64,000 bases of DNA from positions 1,114,910-1,178,909 of the forward strand of contig NZ_NJER01000001.1 in NCBI RefSeq assembly GCF_002753895.1, read 5' to 3'. Below, one piece after another: positions 30,401-39,284 of the stretch (its first letter is position 1; each line of letters begins with the position of its first letter). The translations under genes and the position numbers were made by a program. Source of the stretch: Halobacteriovorax sp. JY17. Its GTDB lineage: Bacteria > Bdellovibrionota > Bacteriovoracia > Bacteriovoracales > Bacteriovoracaceae. Below the pieces are notes generated by a model, which was given only the letters and a program-made list of their open reading frames with translations, was not told where the DNA came from and made no database searches.

Positions 30401-30793
30401 ATGGCCCTTAAAAGTGATATGAAAATTCTTGTCATTGACGACATGGCAACGATGAGAAAAATTATCAAGAACATGCTAAAACAAATTGGTTTTACCAATA
30501 TAACTGAAGCAGATGATGGTGCTACAGCATGGCCAATGATTCAAGAGGCGCTTAATAGTACTGCTCCTTATGAATTTATCGTCTCAGATTGGAATATGCC
30601 TCAAATGAGTGGTCTCGACCTTCTAAAGAAAGTAAGAGAAACAGAAGAGCTTAAGAAGCTACCATTTCTTATGATTACAGCAGAAGCTGAGCAAGGGAAT
30701 GTTGTTATCGCAGTAAAGGCCGGAGTTAGTAACTTCATTGTTAAGCCCTTCTCTGCTGCAGTCTTAAAAGAGAAAATAGAAAAGATTTTTTAA
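30401..30793 (+). CDS. cheY: Chemotaxis response regulator CheY
   Basis: ILVIDD..TMRKII, DWNMP.MSGLDLL, MITAE, KPF; single-domain enteric-like CheY. Confidence 0.9.
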   Translation: MALKSDMKILVIDDMATMRKIIKNMLKQIGFTNITEADDGATAWPMIQEALNSTAPYEFIVSDWNMPQMSGLDLLKKVRETEELKKLPFLMITAEAEQGNVVIAVKAGVSNFIVKPFSAAVLKEKIEKIF

Positions 30794-30805
30794 AAGGGCC
30801 TAAAA

Positions 30806-31309
30806 ATGAGCTTATTAAATGATCCATCAATGAAAGAAGTTGTAGATGAATTCTGTAATGAATCAATGGAACTCTTTAATGAATTAGAAGAAATTCTTGA
30901 AGAGTTTGAAGATGATCCTACACAGACAGATAAGCTTGAAAAGTTTGGACAAATAATTGATAGAGTCATGGGATCTGCTAAAACGATTGGAGCCGATGAA
31001 ATTGCGACTTTCTGCGAACTAGGAAAGGTCATTGGTTATAAATCAAGCCAAGTTAAGGATACTGCCCTACTTGAAGTTGTTTGCGCCATTATGTTTGACT
31101 CGTTAGAGCTTTTAAAGAAAATGATTAAACAAATTGAAGAAGGTAACTCTTCTTCTTTTGAACAAGTAAGTTCCGTCACATTTGTAACTAGACTAAAATG
31201 GCTTAAAGAAAAATTTAACGATATTGAACGTTCCTCTTGTGCTGCTGATCCAGAGGGCAATCTCACTCAGACATCTATTGATGATCTAATGAGTAGTCTC
31301 GGATTATAA
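30806..31309 (+). CDS. HPt/CheA-P1-like protein lacking the phospho-His, with CheZ-like C-terminal peptide
   Basis: EF.NES.EL..ELE..L.E.EDDP and IIDRVMGSAKTIG align with FRAAHTLKGSA. The protein has no His at all and ends QTSIDDLMSSLGL. Confidence 0.7.
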   Translation: MSLLNDPSMKEVVDEFCNESMELFNELEEILEEFEDDPTQTDKLEKFGQIIDRVMGSAKTIGADEIATFCELGKVIGYKSSQVKDTALLEVVCAIMFDSLELLKKMIKQIEEGNSSSFEQVSSVTFVTRLKWLKEKFNDIERSSCAADPEGNLTQTSIDDLMSSLGL

Positions 31310-31321
31310 TTTGGAGAAATA

Positions 31322-31831
31322 ATGACAAAGCAAAGTAATTTTTTAACATTCTCAAAACCTTTCATAGATGCTGCTAAGAATGTTTTTGAAACAATGGTTT
31401 TTACAAAATTAGATCCACAAAAGCCTACTATTAAGACAGACTCTCTTTCTAAAGGTGATATCTCTGCAGTACTAGGTCTAAATGGCGAAGTTGAAATAGA
31501 TGGCGAAACAAAGCCTTACCGAGCGATGTTAGTTATCTCATGGCCCTATGATACCTACTTCAAAGTAGCGAGTGCCATGCTTATGGATACTTTTATTGAA
31601 TATAATGATGAAATCGCTGATGTTGGTGGAGAAATCTGTAATATGATAATGGGAAATGCTAAGAGAGACTTAGCGACTCAAGGTTATACTTCTAATATGG
31701 CCATTCCTTCGATGATCGAAGGAGCAAACCATAAGATTAAGTATCCTGCAGGAACTACAGTTATACTCATTCCAATAAAATCAGCTCACGGCGATATGTT
31801 TATTGAGCTATGCTACTCTCAAGCGGATTAA
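31322..31831 (+). CDS. cheX: CheX-family CheY-P phosphatase
   Basis: PFI.A...VF.TM, DISAVLGL.G, catalytic GEICNMIMG (ExxN), P..I.G. Confidence 0.9.
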   Translation: MTKQSNFLTFSKPFIDAAKNVFETMVFTKLDPQKPTIKTDSLSKGDISAVLGLNGEVEIDGETKPYRAMLVISWPYDTYFKVASAMLMDTFIEYNDEIADVGGEICNMIMGNAKRDLATQGYTSNMAIPSMIEGANHKIKYPAGTTVILIPIKSAHGDMFIELCYSQAD

Positions 31832-32976
31832 GAGAATTCTTCAAAGGGGAGATTCGTTCTCCCCTTCCATATATTTAAATTTATTTCATACTCTTCTTTC
31901 TTAGCATCAAGAATGTCCACCTGAGCAAAAGACAATTGTTCACCAGAAGGATTTTTTCCAAAATCAAGATTATACATTCTTGTCCACGTACCTGTATTAA
32001 TGAATATTCCCCCATCAGAAAAAGATCTAAAACTAGGGTCATGAGTATGTCCTACAATTAGGCACTGAACTTCTGGTCTCTCTCTAAAGAAATCCATTGT
32101 CATTGTCTCGTAGTCTTTAAAGAGCTCTAGCTCGTTCATACAATGTTTGTACATCTTCTTTAAACTTCTCTCTTGCTTAAAGAGATAAATAGAGCGAACC
32201 ATTATAAAGTAGTAACTAGTTGCAAAGAGAAACCTTAGTGTGAAGAAAGTGTCATAAATAAGTCCGTTAATTATAAATTTCCTAATTGGACGAACGGCAT
32301 TAACATGATCTCTTTCCTCTTTAAACTTATTGATAACTCTTGTTACATAGTAAGATCCCCAAGGAGGAAGAAAATATTTCTCTCCGTCTTCAGACTCTAC
32401 AATAGACTTAACAGGGTGAAAGTGATGAGCGAGCTCATACTCGTGTCCATGCTTTAGAACAACACCAGGAGTTGGTATATATTCCCCATTATTATTAAGC
32501 TGAATATTCACACGTTCCCTATTCTTCTCTTCAAATAAGTCATAGAAGCGATCTCTTAAAGATTCAAAGACAAACTCAGCATCATGATTACCAATAATAT
32601 AAACTAGCTTTTTATTCTTATGTGAAACAAAGCGGTCAAGGGCCTCTAGAACTTCAGAGTGCGCCTTAATGATCATTTCGAGTTTACTTAGAGCTGCCTT
32701 CTCACTCCAGAACTCATCATCGAAGTAATTAACAAATGGCACAGCAAGAAGATCAAAGAGATCTCCATTAATAATTAACTCAACCTCCCTAGAAAGATAA
32801 TCATGTGAGGAATAGTAATCAAGAAAATCTACCAGCTCTTTATCAAAGTGAAAGTCTTCAAGATAATTTCTCTTTCCATTTACCATTACTCCTGCACCTA
32901 AGTGAATATCAGAAATAACGAGAATGCATTTATCAATTTTATTCTTTCGAAGGAATCTCATAGGCCTTTTTTCCAA
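31828..32976 (-). CDS. Calcineurin-like metallophosphoesterase
   Basis: SDIHLG, NGDLFD, GNHD, HGH and GHTH motifs. Confidence 0.9.
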   Translation of the reverse strand: MEKRPMRFLRKNKIDKCILVISDIHLGAGVMVNGKRNYLEDFHFDKELVDFLDYYSSHDYLSREVELIINGDLFDLLAVPFVNYFDDEFWSEKAALSKLEMIIKAHSEVLEALDRFVSHKNKKLVYIIGNHDAEFVFESLRDRFYDLFEEKNRERVNIQLNNNGEYIPTPGVVLKHGHEYELAHHFHPVKSIVESEDGEKYFLPPWGSYYVTRVINKFKEERDHVNAVRPIRKFIINGLIYDTFFTLRFLFATSYYFIMVRSIYLFKQERSLKKMYKHCMNELELFKDYETMTMDFFRERPEVQCLIVGHTHDPSFRSFSDGGIFINTGTWTRMYNLDFGKNPSGEQLSFAQVDILDAKKEEYEINLNIWKGRTNLPFEEFS

Positions 32977-33298
32977 AGTCTAAAATCACTTTCTGAAATG
33001 AAGGTGAAAGTGGAATGAAGTAGTATTTAGTATTCTTATAAAATTTGAGTTCTACAGATTTATACTTACCTGGTTTAATAGTAACCATCTCTCGTAGAAC
33101 TCCCTTATCTGTAACGATCTCACCTATTAGTTTTACGAGAGTTTTATTTTCAATAATAACACTTACTTTATTAGTTCTTTTCACAGGTGATAGAACCTTA
33201 AACTTATTTGTATAGGCAGTAACTATAAAAGCCTCAGACTTTTCAACTGAAAGGGTTGGAAGGCTAATGAAGAATAAAAAGAGTAATAGATATTTCAT
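32939..33298 (-). CDS. Small exported hypothetical beta-rich protein
   Basis: Signal peptide, 119 aa; overlaps the phosphoesterase start, so likely co-transcribed. Confidence 0.65.
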   Translation of the reverse strand: MKYLLLFLFFISLPTLSVEKSEAFIVTAYTNKFKVLSPVKRTNKVSVIIENKTLVKLIGEIVTDKGVLREMVTIKPGKYKSVELKFYKNTKYYFIPLSPSFQKVILDFGKKAYEIPSKE

Positions 33299-33398
33299 TT
33301 AATCATTCTATCAAGTTATTGAAATTATTTGGAACGGCAGATTTTTCCAAATGAAAGTCCTTATTCATCTCTCCACCCTAAGTAACCGAAAAGTAAGT

Positions 33399-33914
33399 AT
33401 GAGTAGACTACTATCCATATTCAAACAGTCAAAGAAATCTTTAAATTTTCTAAATAGAAGTGAGCACGCGTGGTTCTTTGAGTCTCAACAAGTAGCAGAG
33501 GTTTTTAGTACGCTTTACCTTGTGACTGAAAAGCATAAGAATGTAAGACAGTTTTTAAACCAGACAATCTTCACTCCAAGTAATGGGCAGTATGCTAGCG
33601 CAGTAAAAGCAAATGTAAATCTTATTATCATTTACCCTGAACTCACCTACTTAATGAAGTCAGGAAAAGCGAATCAAGCAATTGGAATTCTCTTCCATGA
33701 AATAGGTCATCTTATTCTCGATCATCAGGGAAGGGGTACTTCTAATGAACTCGCGCAAATTGAAGCTGATCTCTTTTCTCTTGAATTGGGCTACGGAGAA
33801 TTCCTACTATCTTTTCTAAATGAACAAAGAAGGTCCGAGCAAATAGAAAAGAGGATTTTAGCTCTAGAGAAAGTTCTTAGAATAAAGTATTCTTCTGATT
33901 CTCTTCAAAATTAA
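33399..33914 (+). CDS. Putative HExxH zinc metallopeptidase
   Basis: LFHEIGHLILDH followed by EADLF...LGYG (M48-like). Start chosen at the second Met. Confidence 0.6.
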   Translation: MSRLLSIFKQSKKSLNFLNRSEHAWFFESQQVAEVFSTLYLVTEKHKNVRQFLNQTIFTPSNGQYASAVKANVNLIIIYPELTYLMKSGKANQAIGILFHEIGHLILDHQGRGTSNELAQIEADLFSLELGYGEFLLSFLNEQRRSEQIEKRILALEKVLRIKYSSDSLQN

Positions 33915-34437
33915 GAATTAGATCATTAGAGAAATTCATCTCATAAATTCCATCATTACAAAAAACAAATCTAACATCTGAGACTTTTTGAGTTCTCTTA
34001 GATTTATTAAAAATAACTATTGGATAACGAGTCCCATCTGAGCAGAGCTTTTTAAAGTTCTGTCTTAGCGTCATTGAATTAAAAGAATCAACATGGTTGT
34101 AAATACTTCGAGAAGAGAAAGTGACAAAGTCTCCTGACTTAAGAAGCTCTAGAACATCTCCTGATAGGGCTGAAACACCAGTATTTGTATAGGCCTTACT
34201 CATATAGTTAAAAATATATGTAAGTGTAATCGAGGTCCCAATACAGTTATGGCAAGTCTCTTCGGGAACTTTACACATTGTAGCTTCACCACAGAGATCA
34301 GAACAAAGCGTATCATTTTCACCACAATAGAAGCTTATTTCTTTCTGATACTGGTCATTCCAAGAAGATTCAACAACTGCTGAAAAAGAAGAAAGAGTAA
34401 AAAGAAGAGAGAATATAAAAAGAGAATAAATTTTCAT
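33877..34437 (-). CDS. Exported Cys-rich hypothetical protein (186 aa)
   Basis: Signal peptide, eight Cys; start overlaps the stop of the 920-aa gene (TAATG). Confidence 0.75.
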   Translation of the reverse strand: MKIYSLFIFSLLFTLSSFSAVVESSWNDQYQKEISFYCGENDTLCSDLCGEATMCKVPEETCHNCIGTSITLTYIFNYMSKAYTNTGVSALSGDVLELLKSGDFVTFSSRSIYNHVDSFNSMTLRQNFKKLCSDGTRYPIVIFNKSKRTQKVSDVRFVFCNDGIYEMNFSNDLILNFEENQKNTLF

Positions 34438-37199
34438 TAGTTAACCCTTCTCATCGAGCTACATGAGCTTGGAACAGTATACTTCCCTACTCTGCACGAA
34501 TTTGTATCAGAATTACTATATGTTCTAATCGTAATTGGTTTATCGCAGCTAGACATTTTAACCTGAGCGCGAGAACCATTGAGAGTTTTTATACTAACAA
34601 TACTTCCGTATAACTCTTCTGTCAGTTTCTCAGCAATAGACTCTTCACAAGAGTCCTTCAAACAACGATCACCCTTTATAAGTGATCTGACACAAGACTT
34701 AGGAATTTCACCAAAACGTCTATAAGTTTCCGAAACATAATTAGGATTAGCGTCCCACGATCTTGGAATATTATGAGGATCTTTAAGTCCCTTATAAAGT
34801 CTAAAGACGGCTCTAAATAAGAAGAACGTTGGCCCCACTTCGCTAGATAAATGAGTCAAAGAGCTAGCAACACTTTCAAAGTTTAGACGACAACTAATAC
34901 ACTCAGAGTGTCCTCTTGTCGCATTATCATCCATATCAGAAGCTGTTCGAACATTTAGATTATTATCTTCATTCTCGTTACAAGCTCCAACACTTACACC
35001 ACCAAATCTATAATTATCATATGGACTATTGGCGCGTCCTGAAATTGAGACCATGCAAGGAACACCTAGAAGTGGTCCAAAGTCAGCAGCTAAAGATGTC
35101 GTAATACTCGTTCTATCATAACGAGTATCATATGAAATTCTTCCGTCCTTCACTAACTGATTAAATGAAGTAACTTGCCCTGGTTTTAAATCTAGTCGCC
35201 CGTAAATTACTCCAGGGGTAGCGACAGAAAGTGCTGCTTGAGACATATCAGTAAATAAGTTAAAGAGAATAGACTTTGTCTTAAACCATGGATCGTAAAC
35301 TTTACAAGCCGTTCTCTCAGCGTATGGATTAAAGAGAGCTGGAGTCTTAATTTCTTGTTCTAAGTTCCAAAATGTCGATGCATACTGAGCGACAGAATAG
35401 AGGTCGATAACTGACTTCAAAATTCGTCTTGAGCAATCACTTGAGTTTGCGCAAATAACATCTTCAATTGATTTTGATGTTGCAAATGTTTTCCATGCAA
35501 TAAGAGGCTTATTGGTTTTTAAGTAGTCTTCTATTTTTTCATTATAAGTAGATTTAAACTTATTTTCATAAACTTTTTGAACATACCACGGAGAAAACCC
35601 GGTTTTATCAAGAGTGAAACTATCATTCCAAATTCCCTTCTCATTCAACTTAGCACAACCGGCCATAACTTTATCGGCAATCTCTGAATAGAAGTCAAAG
35701 AGCTCTTTTGTCTTATTATCTGATATTTCAGATGCAAGTCCATCAATAAGCGTTGTCTCTCTTAAGACTTTCAATTTACCTTTTAAAAAACTAAATTCAT
35801 CATGATCGGCAAAATTAAACTCTGCACAGAGATAGTAAAGATCATTCTTAAGTTCAGTATTATTTGTTTCAGGATTAGAAATAAGAGTTGAAAATCTCTT
35901 CTCTAAGAGCTCTGATACTTTCTGAGAGCTAATGTTAGCCTTGGCTATATTTAGAGTTGAAATTGCATGAATTAATTTCTTCTTCATTAGAGCACGCGTT
36001 CCAGAGAAATTTTCTTTGAAGTTTACAAGCCAAGACTCTGCGTTAGCAAAACCACCAAGGTCTAATTCATCAACATTTACAGAAGTAAATGGGTCTGAAA
36101 GTAAATCATCTTGTGGACCTTCAGGAACATTGGATAGCACATCTAAATTAAGGGCCGTTTCTCTAAAGTCTTCTTTTGCAAACTCTCTCATTGCCTGAGT
36201 AGCAAGGAAGTCCCCATCGCATTTTGGAATAGTAATTGACTTACAACCATTTGGAACAATTAAAACAGAATCTTCAATTGCAACACCTTTAAAGACGCTC
36301 GCAAATGGAGAAGCTATTTGCTTCATCTCTGGTGCATTTCTAAATGCCCATGAGAAGTATAATTTAAGAGAATTCCAATAATCAAATCCCTTATCTTCCC
36401 ATCTCTTTTCTTTTATATTAGGTATTTCAAGTTGATAAGCAGCAACTTGTAAATTTGTTTGCGCTTTAAAATCATCACATGCAGCGAGGTACTTACTTGA
36501 GTCGAGAGCTGCTTTAGCAATTGATTCAAGAGCTGCTTTGTCAGGCTTTGTTCCATAAAGGTGGGCCTGTAGAGGAGAGAATTTCTTTAAGTAGTTACAC
36601 TTTAACTCAGTAACTCTCTCTTTATCTTCAAAATTCTTTTCAAGAATATAGCTATCTTTTGAGTGAAAATTATCAACTGTATAAAACGCTACAACTTTTG
36701 CGGCTGCAGATGTTTTCTTCGAAGTAATTTTCCAAATTTTTTCAATGTAGGAATCAAGACCCGTGCAGTATTCATCGTTACGACAATTTGCCATAACGTT
36801 CTTATAATTTCCCGGAAGATGTAAATCATCACGCGAGATATCTGCAGGTAGCAGAGGTAACTCTCTATTCATAATTTTCTCATGAATAAGTTGAATCATC
36901 TGAACAACAGAGTATCTAAAAACTTCTATTCCGTACTTAGTTAGAGCATCAGAGTCTTCACCTCTAAGTTTTGCTAGTCTATAAACAGCTTTAGCAACGT
37001 CAGTATTAGTGATAAGAAGAAAAGATGAATCAGTTGGGACTTTCGAGTCTAGAGCGCATCTCGCTCTATTGGAGAATCTCATATTATTTAGATCAAATTT
37101 CAAAGAATCCTTATCAACCGACATCCACTCAGTCCCCTGAGCGAATATAGGTAAAGAAAATGTCATACAGAGCATTGCTGCTAAAACTATTCTTCTCAT
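34437..37199 (-). CDS. Large exported Cys-containing hypothetical protein (920 aa)
   Basis: Signal peptide ending IFA-Q, GGAG RBS; no recognised family. Confidence 0.8.
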   Translation of the reverse strand: MRRIVLAAMLCMTFSLPIFAQGTEWMSVDKDSLKFDLNNMRFSNRARCALDSKVPTDSSFLLITNTDVAKAVYRLAKLRGEDSDALTKYGIEVFRYSVVQMIQLIHEKIMNRELPLLPADISRDDLHLPGNYKNVMANCRNDEYCTGLDSYIEKIWKITSKKTSAAAKVVAFYTVDNFHSKDSYILEKNFEDKERVTELKCNYLKKFSPLQAHLYGTKPDKAALESIAKAALDSSKYLAACDDFKAQTNLQVAAYQLEIPNIKEKRWEDKGFDYWNSLKLYFSWAFRNAPEMKQIASPFASVFKGVAIEDSVLIVPNGCKSITIPKCDGDFLATQAMREFAKEDFRETALNLDVLSNVPEGPQDDLLSDPFTSVNVDELDLGGFANAESWLVNFKENFSGTRALMKKKLIHAISTLNIAKANISSQKVSELLEKRFSTLISNPETNNTELKNDLYYLCAEFNFADHDEFSFLKGKLKVLRETTLIDGLASEISDNKTKELFDFYSEIADKVMAGCAKLNEKGIWNDSFTLDKTGFSPWYVQKVYENKFKSTYNEKIEDYLKTNKPLIAWKTFATSKSIEDVICANSSDCSRRILKSVIDLYSVAQYASTFWNLEQEIKTPALFNPYAERTACKVYDPWFKTKSILFNLFTDMSQAALSVATPGVIYGRLDLKPGQVTSFNQLVKDGRISYDTRYDRTSITTSLAADFGPLLGVPCMVSISGRANSPYDNYRFGGVSVGACNENEDNNLNVRTASDMDDNATRGHSECISCRLNFESVASSLTHLSSEVGPTFFLFRAVFRLYKGLKDPHNIPRSWDANPNYVSETYRRFGEIPKSCVRSLIKGDRCLKDSCEESIAEKLTEELYGSIVSIKTLNGSRAQVKMSSCDKPITIRTYSNSDTNSCRVGKYTVPSSCSSMRRVN

Positions 37200-37343
37200 T
37201 TAATCTCCAAATTCATTGCCTGTTTTAGCAGAATTTGAGTTCTCGTTAGTCTTTATTGAATTTTTTTCTCTATGAATATTCAATAAAAACAGTAAATTAA
37301 GGTACCCTTAAGGTTGCCCTTAAGAAGTACCAAGTTTTGCAAA

Positions 37344-37865
37344 TTATTGCATTGTACAACCATTCGCTTTGTTCATGATTGTCGTATAGAACATGATCAT
37401 TGCTTCATCAGCAGGAGTGAAACCTCTTCTAGTTCCACCCTCTTCTGTCATTAGTCCGTACATATATCTGTTGATTGCATAGTAAACAGATCTTGGTGTT
37501 CTAATTCTCTGAGTACATTGTCCTCTAGAATACTTAACAGTAAATCCCCAAAACTCAGAGTCTCCACCAGTTTGGTAACCTGATCCACCAGTATAAATAG
37601 TAGTTCCAGAGTTATTATTTTGATCCCCTTCACCAACGTTGAAAGATACTTCAAATCCACCATAATTATTAGTCACTGCATGAAGAGTACAAATTCCAGC
37701 ATCACAAGCAAGTTCAGCATCTTGATCAATTGCTAGAAGAATACTGTCATCAGCAAATCTTTCAAATTCAAATTCTCTCTCTCCACCAGCAAATAGGTCA
37801 TCAACATTCGTTGCGAATGTGAGAGATGATATAAGTAAGCTCATTGTTAATATTATTCTTTTCAT
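37344..37865 (-). CDS. Exported hypothetical protein (173 aa)
   Basis: Signal peptide, GGAGG RBS, four Cys, beta-hairpin-like FEVSFNV / WGFTVKY segments. Confidence 0.75.
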   Translation of the reverse strand: MKRIILTMSLLISSLTFATNVDDLFAGGEREFEFERFADDSILLAIDQDAELACDAGICTLHAVTNNYGGFEVSFNVGEGDQNNNSGTTIYTGGSGYQTGGDSEFWGFTVKYSRGQCTQRIRTPRSVYYAINRYMYGLMTEEGGTRRGFTPADEAMIMFYTTIMNKANGCTMQ

Positions 37866-37890
37866 AATTACCTCCGAAGTAATTGTCCTA

Positions 37891-39282
37891 TTAATTTTCT
37901 AATATTATTAAAGTTCCGCCATTAGGAATAAATACGTGGTTACTGTGGTACCCATCTGCAGTAAATTTCTCGATACACGCTAAAGGGCTTGCCACAGGTA
38001 GTCCCGTTGTTTCCCCACAGTTCAAAGAATCAGTAAATCTAGAGTCATCGTTATGGTTAACACTGTATGAAGAATTAGAGTTACCATTTGAAGAATCTTC
38101 ATGGTCTAAAACGAATTGTTCGTACGCAAGAGATGTGACGAATTGAACTTGGCACACCTGCAGAGATGGATCGTTGTTTCCATTTCCATTTCCGTTCGTA
38201 CTTCCGTTCGTATTTCCAGGAATGGCAGATATTGGGTGACATAACTTAACTCCCTCATCAACTGGAGTAACCTGATCTTCAGTCAGCTTCACCTCTAAAG
38301 AAGTTATGACCTCAATCGCATTCAAGTTCCATGGTCTAAATGTCTTACTATCTTCTTTAAAGTAATGTCTCACTCGACAAAAGCTTACGCCATCAACAGA
38401 ACCAACTTGAGGAAATAACTCGCTCATCTGGCTTGGAAAAATAGAAAGGGCCTCATCAAATAAATTAAAAATGTAATCATCTTCATCAGTACATTCAATA
38501 TCTGTTCGAGTTAAGATTTCAGCTGAGTCTACATAGGTTTGGCCAAAGAGTTGCTTATTTTTAAAACTATACTTTGGAGTAAATTCAAACTTACCCGCAA
38601 AATCTTTATTAATATTCTTCCAACATAGATCTACAAAATACTCCGTTCCATGTAATTCAGAACCGAGTTCAAAAGAGAGACTATTATTTCTAAGTACATA
38701 GTTTTCAGGAGTATGTGTTGCAACGACAAACCCTTCTCCATCAATAGAACCAGAATTATGAATTGCGATTGAAGTCTTAGCTTGACTAGTCCCTGCCCAG
38801 AAATTCTCATCTCCAATATTCTCTAGCTCTTCATTGTCAGCAAAGATTCTTCCACTATACTTCATGAAGTCTACATTATTTGGACCATCGCTAGTTCCTG
38901 AACAAATACAATCACAGCTTGAAGTCTCTGGCGAACAAGAGATAGAAGGGTTACAGGAAACAGCAGGGTTTGTTCTTAAGTAACAAACTCTCGAGTTTGG
39001 CTTCTCATGCTTAATTCCAGCGTTACAAGCATAGACAATTCCGTCACTTAAGCTTTCAGCACTAGATCCACACTCCCCCACAGAGTCGTGAGAATGATTC
39101 TTTAAGTGTCCATGAACAGCTGAGAAATCTACACATATATTAACGAAGTGAGGATTATTCTCACTTCCAGCGTGACAAATAGTAATCTTGTTTAACTTAT
39201 TATCACCGCAAATATTTCCCGCACGAACTGGTGCCGAAAAAATTGCAAAAATAAATAGAAGCGCTAGAGTTACCTTATTCAC
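37891..39282 (-). CDS. Exported Cys-rich protein, paralogue of 40921..41853 with extra KxxCH modules
   Basis: GTG start 2 nt after the upstream stop. Shares CNAGIKH, CY.RTNP..SCNPS, SCDC.CSGT, LGSEL.G.EY..D.C and FCRVR...FRPW with the 310-aa protein. Confidence 0.8.
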   Translation of the reverse strand: MNKVTLALLFIFAIFSAPVRAGNICGDNKLNKITICHAGSENNPHFVNICVDFSAVHGHLKNHSHDSVGECGSSAESLSDGIVYACNAGIKHEKPNSRVCYLRTNPAVSCNPSISCSPETSSCDCICSGTSDGPNNVDFMKYSGRIFADNEELENIGDENFWAGTSQAKTSIAIHNSGSIDGEGFVVATHTPENYVLRNNSLSFELGSELHGTEYFVDLCWKNINKDFAGKFEFTPKYSFKNKQLFGQTYVDSAEILTRTDIECTDEDDYIFNLFDEALSIFPSQMSELFPQVGSVDGVSFCRVRHYFKEDSKTFRPWNLNAIEVITSLEVKLTEDQVTPVDEGVKLCHPISAIPGNTNGSTNGNGNGNNDPSLQVCQVQFVTSLAYEQFVLDHEDSSNGNSNSSYSVNHNDDSRFTDSLNCGETTGLPVASPLACIEKFTADGYHSNHVFIPNGGTLIILEN

Positions 39283-39284
39283 AA

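Noticed and set aside
30790-31266. Small minus-strand ORFs in the Che operon, and other 60-115-aa ORFs nested in long genes
   Set aside because: Antisense or alternate-frame shadows of genes with clear motifs; no RBS or family signal.
34240-34262. CHNC in the 186-aa protein as a heme-c site
   Set aside because: It is CxxC followed by Ile, not CxxCH; more likely disulfides.
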